Origin: a virus | Lineage: Duplodnaviria; Caudoviricetes | Virus record (IMG/VR): IMGVR_UViG_2593339134_000001 | Reading direction: 5' to 3' (one strand) | Length of the DNA: 64,000 nt | Part shown: positions 61,510 to 64,000 of the stretch, in pieces | Layout of the letters: each line of letters starts with the position of its first letter | Numbering within the stretch: position 1 is the stretch's first letter | The notes under the pieces: model-generated | What the model was told of the DNA's origin: nothing | Databases searched by the model: none | The model's input: the letters and a program-made list of their open reading frames with translations, nothing else | Program-made: the position numbers and the translations under genes

Positions 61510-62102
61510 ACGGCGGCGAACAAATCCGGTTCGGGCGGTTGGGCTGGATGGGCGGGAGCCCAACGGAACGCCACCTTGCGCGGCTCCTTGTGCATCACCA
61601 TCCGCACCGCTTCGAGGGGCGTTGCCGCGGCGATGTCATGCCGGACCACACTGCGGCCTTCAACCACAATGCCCAGGCTCAGGCCACTGTGAACCCGGAG
61701 CAGTTTGCTCTTGACCGCCTCCCGGTCCAGCGACCAGAAAATATCCAGGGGGTGGGGTGGATGGCCGCGCCCGTCGCGACCTTTGGCGATCTCGTACTGG
61801 CGGTTGACGCAGGACTGGCAATAAAGCCCGTGGACATGCCGGGCCACGGCGGGGCCATCGCAGCGCACACACACCCGGCGGTGGTATTCGGAGTTGTCGC
61901 ACGCCTGTCCGGCGTGGACGGCACCGATGGGGCAGTTCCGGCAGGACAGATACGAGGCGGCGGTTTCACCACCCTTTGTCGCGGCGACCCAGCGCGTGGC
62001 GCAAGATTCCACCGACCAGAATCCCGCCAGCCGGTCGCAGCGGAAATAATCGCCGGACAGGCCAGGGGGCGTGCTGTAGTTGATCGATGGATGGCGCGGC
62101 AT
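61503..62102 (-). CDS. Cys-rich hypothetical protein
   Basis: Several CxxC motifs; coupled to neighbours. Confidence 0.65.
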   Translation of the reverse strand: MPRHPSINYSTPPGLSGDYFRCDRLAGFWSVESCATRWVAATKGGETAASYLSCRNCPIGAVHAGQACDNSEYHRRVCVRCDGPAVARHVHGLYCQSCVNRQYEIAKGRDGRGHPPHPLDIFWSLDREAVKSKLLRVHSGLSLGIVVEGRSVVRHDIAAATPLEAVRMVMHKEPRKVAFRWAPAHPAQPPEPDLFAAVC

Positions 62103-62371
62103 CAGGCGTTGAGCGAATCCAACAGGGTTTTGGAAGGCTTGAACTTCACCTTGCGGCTGGCGGGCACGGTAATCACCGCACCCGTGCTGGGATTGCGGCC
62201 TTGCCGCTCCGGCTTGTCCTCGACCTTGAGCTTACCCAGGAACGGTATTTCTCCATCCTGCTGTAAGCCGGTTTCAATGGCCCGTTCCAAATCTTCCAAG
62301 ACCACTTTGGCCTTGGTTTTGGATAGGTCGGATTCCGCCGCAAAGGCGGCGATGAGTTCAGCCCTGGTCAT
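62102..62371 (-). CDS. HU-like DNA-binding protein
   Basis: 'MT..ELI...A', 'R.GRNP.TG..I..PA...VKFKP.K.L'. Confidence 0.93.
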   Translation of the reverse strand: MTRAELIAAFAAESDLSKTKAKVVLEDLERAIETGLQQDGEIPFLGKLKVEDKPERQGRNPSTGAVITVPASRKVKFKPSKTLLDSLNA

Positions 62372-62724
62372 GCGGCGGCCTGCTGCGGCTTGAACTCCGG
62401 CAACAGGAAATCATCCGCGCCGGCCCCGGCATTGATCTTCTCCTGCAACCACTTGGGCTTCATGCCGCGCCCGGACCACTGGTTTTTTGGATTCGCGGGG
62501 TCGCGGTATTTAACCGGCACCTTGGTACCCGTCCGGCCCATCGGGACAACCTTCCGACCCTTCTCGGTCAATTCCACATCCATATTGATGGACGCCGCTA
62601 GTTCCTTGATCTTGGCGATAGTTTCAGCTCGGCTTTCACGGCGCTTGGTTTCCAGCGCTTTTTGGGCATTGGCGATAGTCTCGGCCAGTTCTTCCTCGTT
62701 CATACCTTCCAATGCTTCTGACAT
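62368..62724 (-). CDS. H-NS family nucleoid protein
   Basis: 'KYRDP.....WSGRG.KPKWL...........DFL'. Confidence 0.92.
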   Translation of the reverse strand: MSEALEGMNEEELAETIANAQKALETKRRESRAETIAKIKELAASINMDVELTEKGRKVVPMGRTGTKVPVKYRDPANPKNQWSGRGMKPKWLQEKINAGAGADDFLLPEFKPQQAAA

Positions 62725-62988
62725 AACTTACCCACTTGTTTGTGAAAACCAAATAATACACCAACTCGATTGGCACATAAACCTGAACAAAGCGCATTTA
62801 AAAAATTTCAGGCGGATGCTTGAAAAGCGGCCGCAAATCCTTTTCTAGATGGACCGGATGCCCCGGCTGGCCGCTCCCGGCAATCTTGAAGCATTTGGGG
62901 CCGATGCCTTTCGATACCGGCATCGACAAAACCGCCGCGCCCCGGCCTAGCTGCATGCCGTCATTCCCTCAGCCCGCTTCGTTTCCAC

Positions 62989-63321
62989 TCATGGCCTTGC
63001 CTTGTATGATTTATCGAAAAACCTCGCGACGACGCCTATCGCACGGCCATCCCGGACCATTTCCCCGGTGGCCCGCAATACCACCCAGCCGCCCAGCGCC
63101 GCCTCGTTGTATTTTTCGACATCGTTGGCGAAACCCTGGGCGCGGGTATGCCTTCCCCTGGAATGAATGCCCCCTTCTATTTCCAGGATCAGGCGGTATT
63201 CGGGCCAAGCGAAATCGGCCCGCCAATTCCTGCCGACACGGAACTCCCATTCGCGCACCGGAACCGGCAATTTGAGTGTCAAACACTGGCTTTCAAAAAG
63301 CCGTTCCAATGGGCTGGTCAT
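62989..63321 (-). CDS. PD-(D/E)xK endonuclease (DUF559/Vsr-like)
   Basis: 'E..F...R.WR.DFAWP.....EIEGG.....H......D.EKYN.A...GW.VLR'. Confidence 0.8.
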   Translation of the reverse strand: MTSPLERLFESQCLTLKLPVPVREWEFRVGRNWRADFAWPEYRLILEIEGGIHSRGRHTRAQGFANDVEKYNEAALGGWVVLRATGEMVRDGRAIGVVARFFDKSYKARP

Positions 63322-63328
63322 TGGTTCC

Positions 63329-64000
63329 TCACGCGCAGATGGCCAGGAATTGGGAAGCGCGGGTGCAGGCCACGTACAGCGCCCGGTTGAACTGGTACGC
63401 CTCCACCATCCGGTTCAGGTCGCGGTAGTCCACCAGGGCGGTATCGAACGTGCTGCCCTGGCTCTTGTGGACGGTGATGGCGTAGGCGTGGCGGATGGGG
63501 GCGAAGGCGTTCTTCATGGCCCAGGCCCGTCCCGACGCGCCCTTGGAGTCCGTCAGCAGGCCTTCCTTCAGCTTCGGGTTCATTTCATCGTTGGCCCGGC
63601 GCTTGAGGTCGTTCGCCTGCGTGAACAGTTCGGACACCAGGCGCGCGACCAGGTCGGGATCGTGGGCCACGTGGACCATGATCTCGTTGTCGTCGCCGTC
63701 GTCCAGGTACAGGAGGTCGGCGCGGAGGCTCGGACGCTCGGGCACGTCCGGGTAGTAGCGGTGCCTGACGTCGCGCTCGATGCGCTTGATCGTGAGTTCC
63801 TGGCTGGTGTGGAGTTGGGTGGGGTCCGTGACCGGCGTGGACACCTCCACGCCGTCGATCAAGCGCACCATGTTCTCGGCCACCTTGTCGGCGTCGCAGG
63901 CGCTGTGGACGATGACGGGCTCGCCCACGTCGAACGGGGTGCGCCCGTCCGGCACCGGGCCGTACAGGGCTTCGTGGACGGCCCGGTTGAAGAACTCGAC
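63329..64000 (-). CDS. SF1B (RecD/Dda-like) helicase, C-terminal part; truncated by the window edge
   Basis: 'AYAITVHKSQGSTF', 'LYVA.TRA'. Confidence 0.88.
   Translation of the reverse strand, partial: VEFFNRAVHEALYGPVPDGRTPFDVGEPVIVHSACDADKVAENMVRLIDGVEVSTPVTDPTQLHTSQELTIKRIERDVRHRYYPDVPERPSLRADLLYLDDGDDNEIMVHVAHDPDLVARLVSELFTQANDLKRRANDEMNPKLKEGLLTDSKGASGRAWAMKNAFAPIRHAYAITVHKSQGSTFDTALVDYRDLNRMVEAYQFNRALYVACTRASQFLAICA

Noticed and set aside
1-64000. CRISPR array, tRNA/rRNA genes, or a DGR/retron reverse transcriptase
   Set aside because: No regularly spaced repeats, no tRNA or rRNA recognised, and no RT motifs or adenine-specific TR/VR pair seen; the three antirepressor repeats are not A-biased variants

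Overview
The whole window is the late (virion) half of a large, GC-rich temperate myovirus, either a prophage or a phage-plasmid; no integrase, att site or replication origin is visible here. The head module is SPO1/Twort-like (portal, prohead protease, scaffold, major capsid). There is a contractile tail (sheath, tube, tape measure with a GH73 domain, baseplate, fibres), a GH19 endolysin, holin-like genes and a lambda GpA-type terminase. The structural genes are split over both strands into many short operons, eight of which start at a conserved promoter, GGTCGTGAC-N2-nAnnnT; four of these predict leaderless or near-leaderless mRNAs. Four large 'polyvalent' accessory proteins (LPD1/HExxH, SNF2 helicase, LPD3+InPase, RelA/SpoT-like) share the hydrophobic-x-K-[A/S] motif found in the capsid, scaffold, protease and portal, suggesting a protease-processed payload packaged in the head. 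Three antirepressor loci share a near-identical 3' module. Two are under Arc/Mnt control and one under a C4-type antisense RNA, and two of the copies form 639-bp inverted repeats around the tail sheath operon. Accessory inserts include an IS1182-family element, hicAB, SLATT, GIY-YIG/RAMA and GHKL-ATPase/HExxH genes. Two unrelated AT-rich genes are bracketed by the same pair of TAAC-N4/5-GTTA sites. All family calls come from motif recognition by eye, not database searches.
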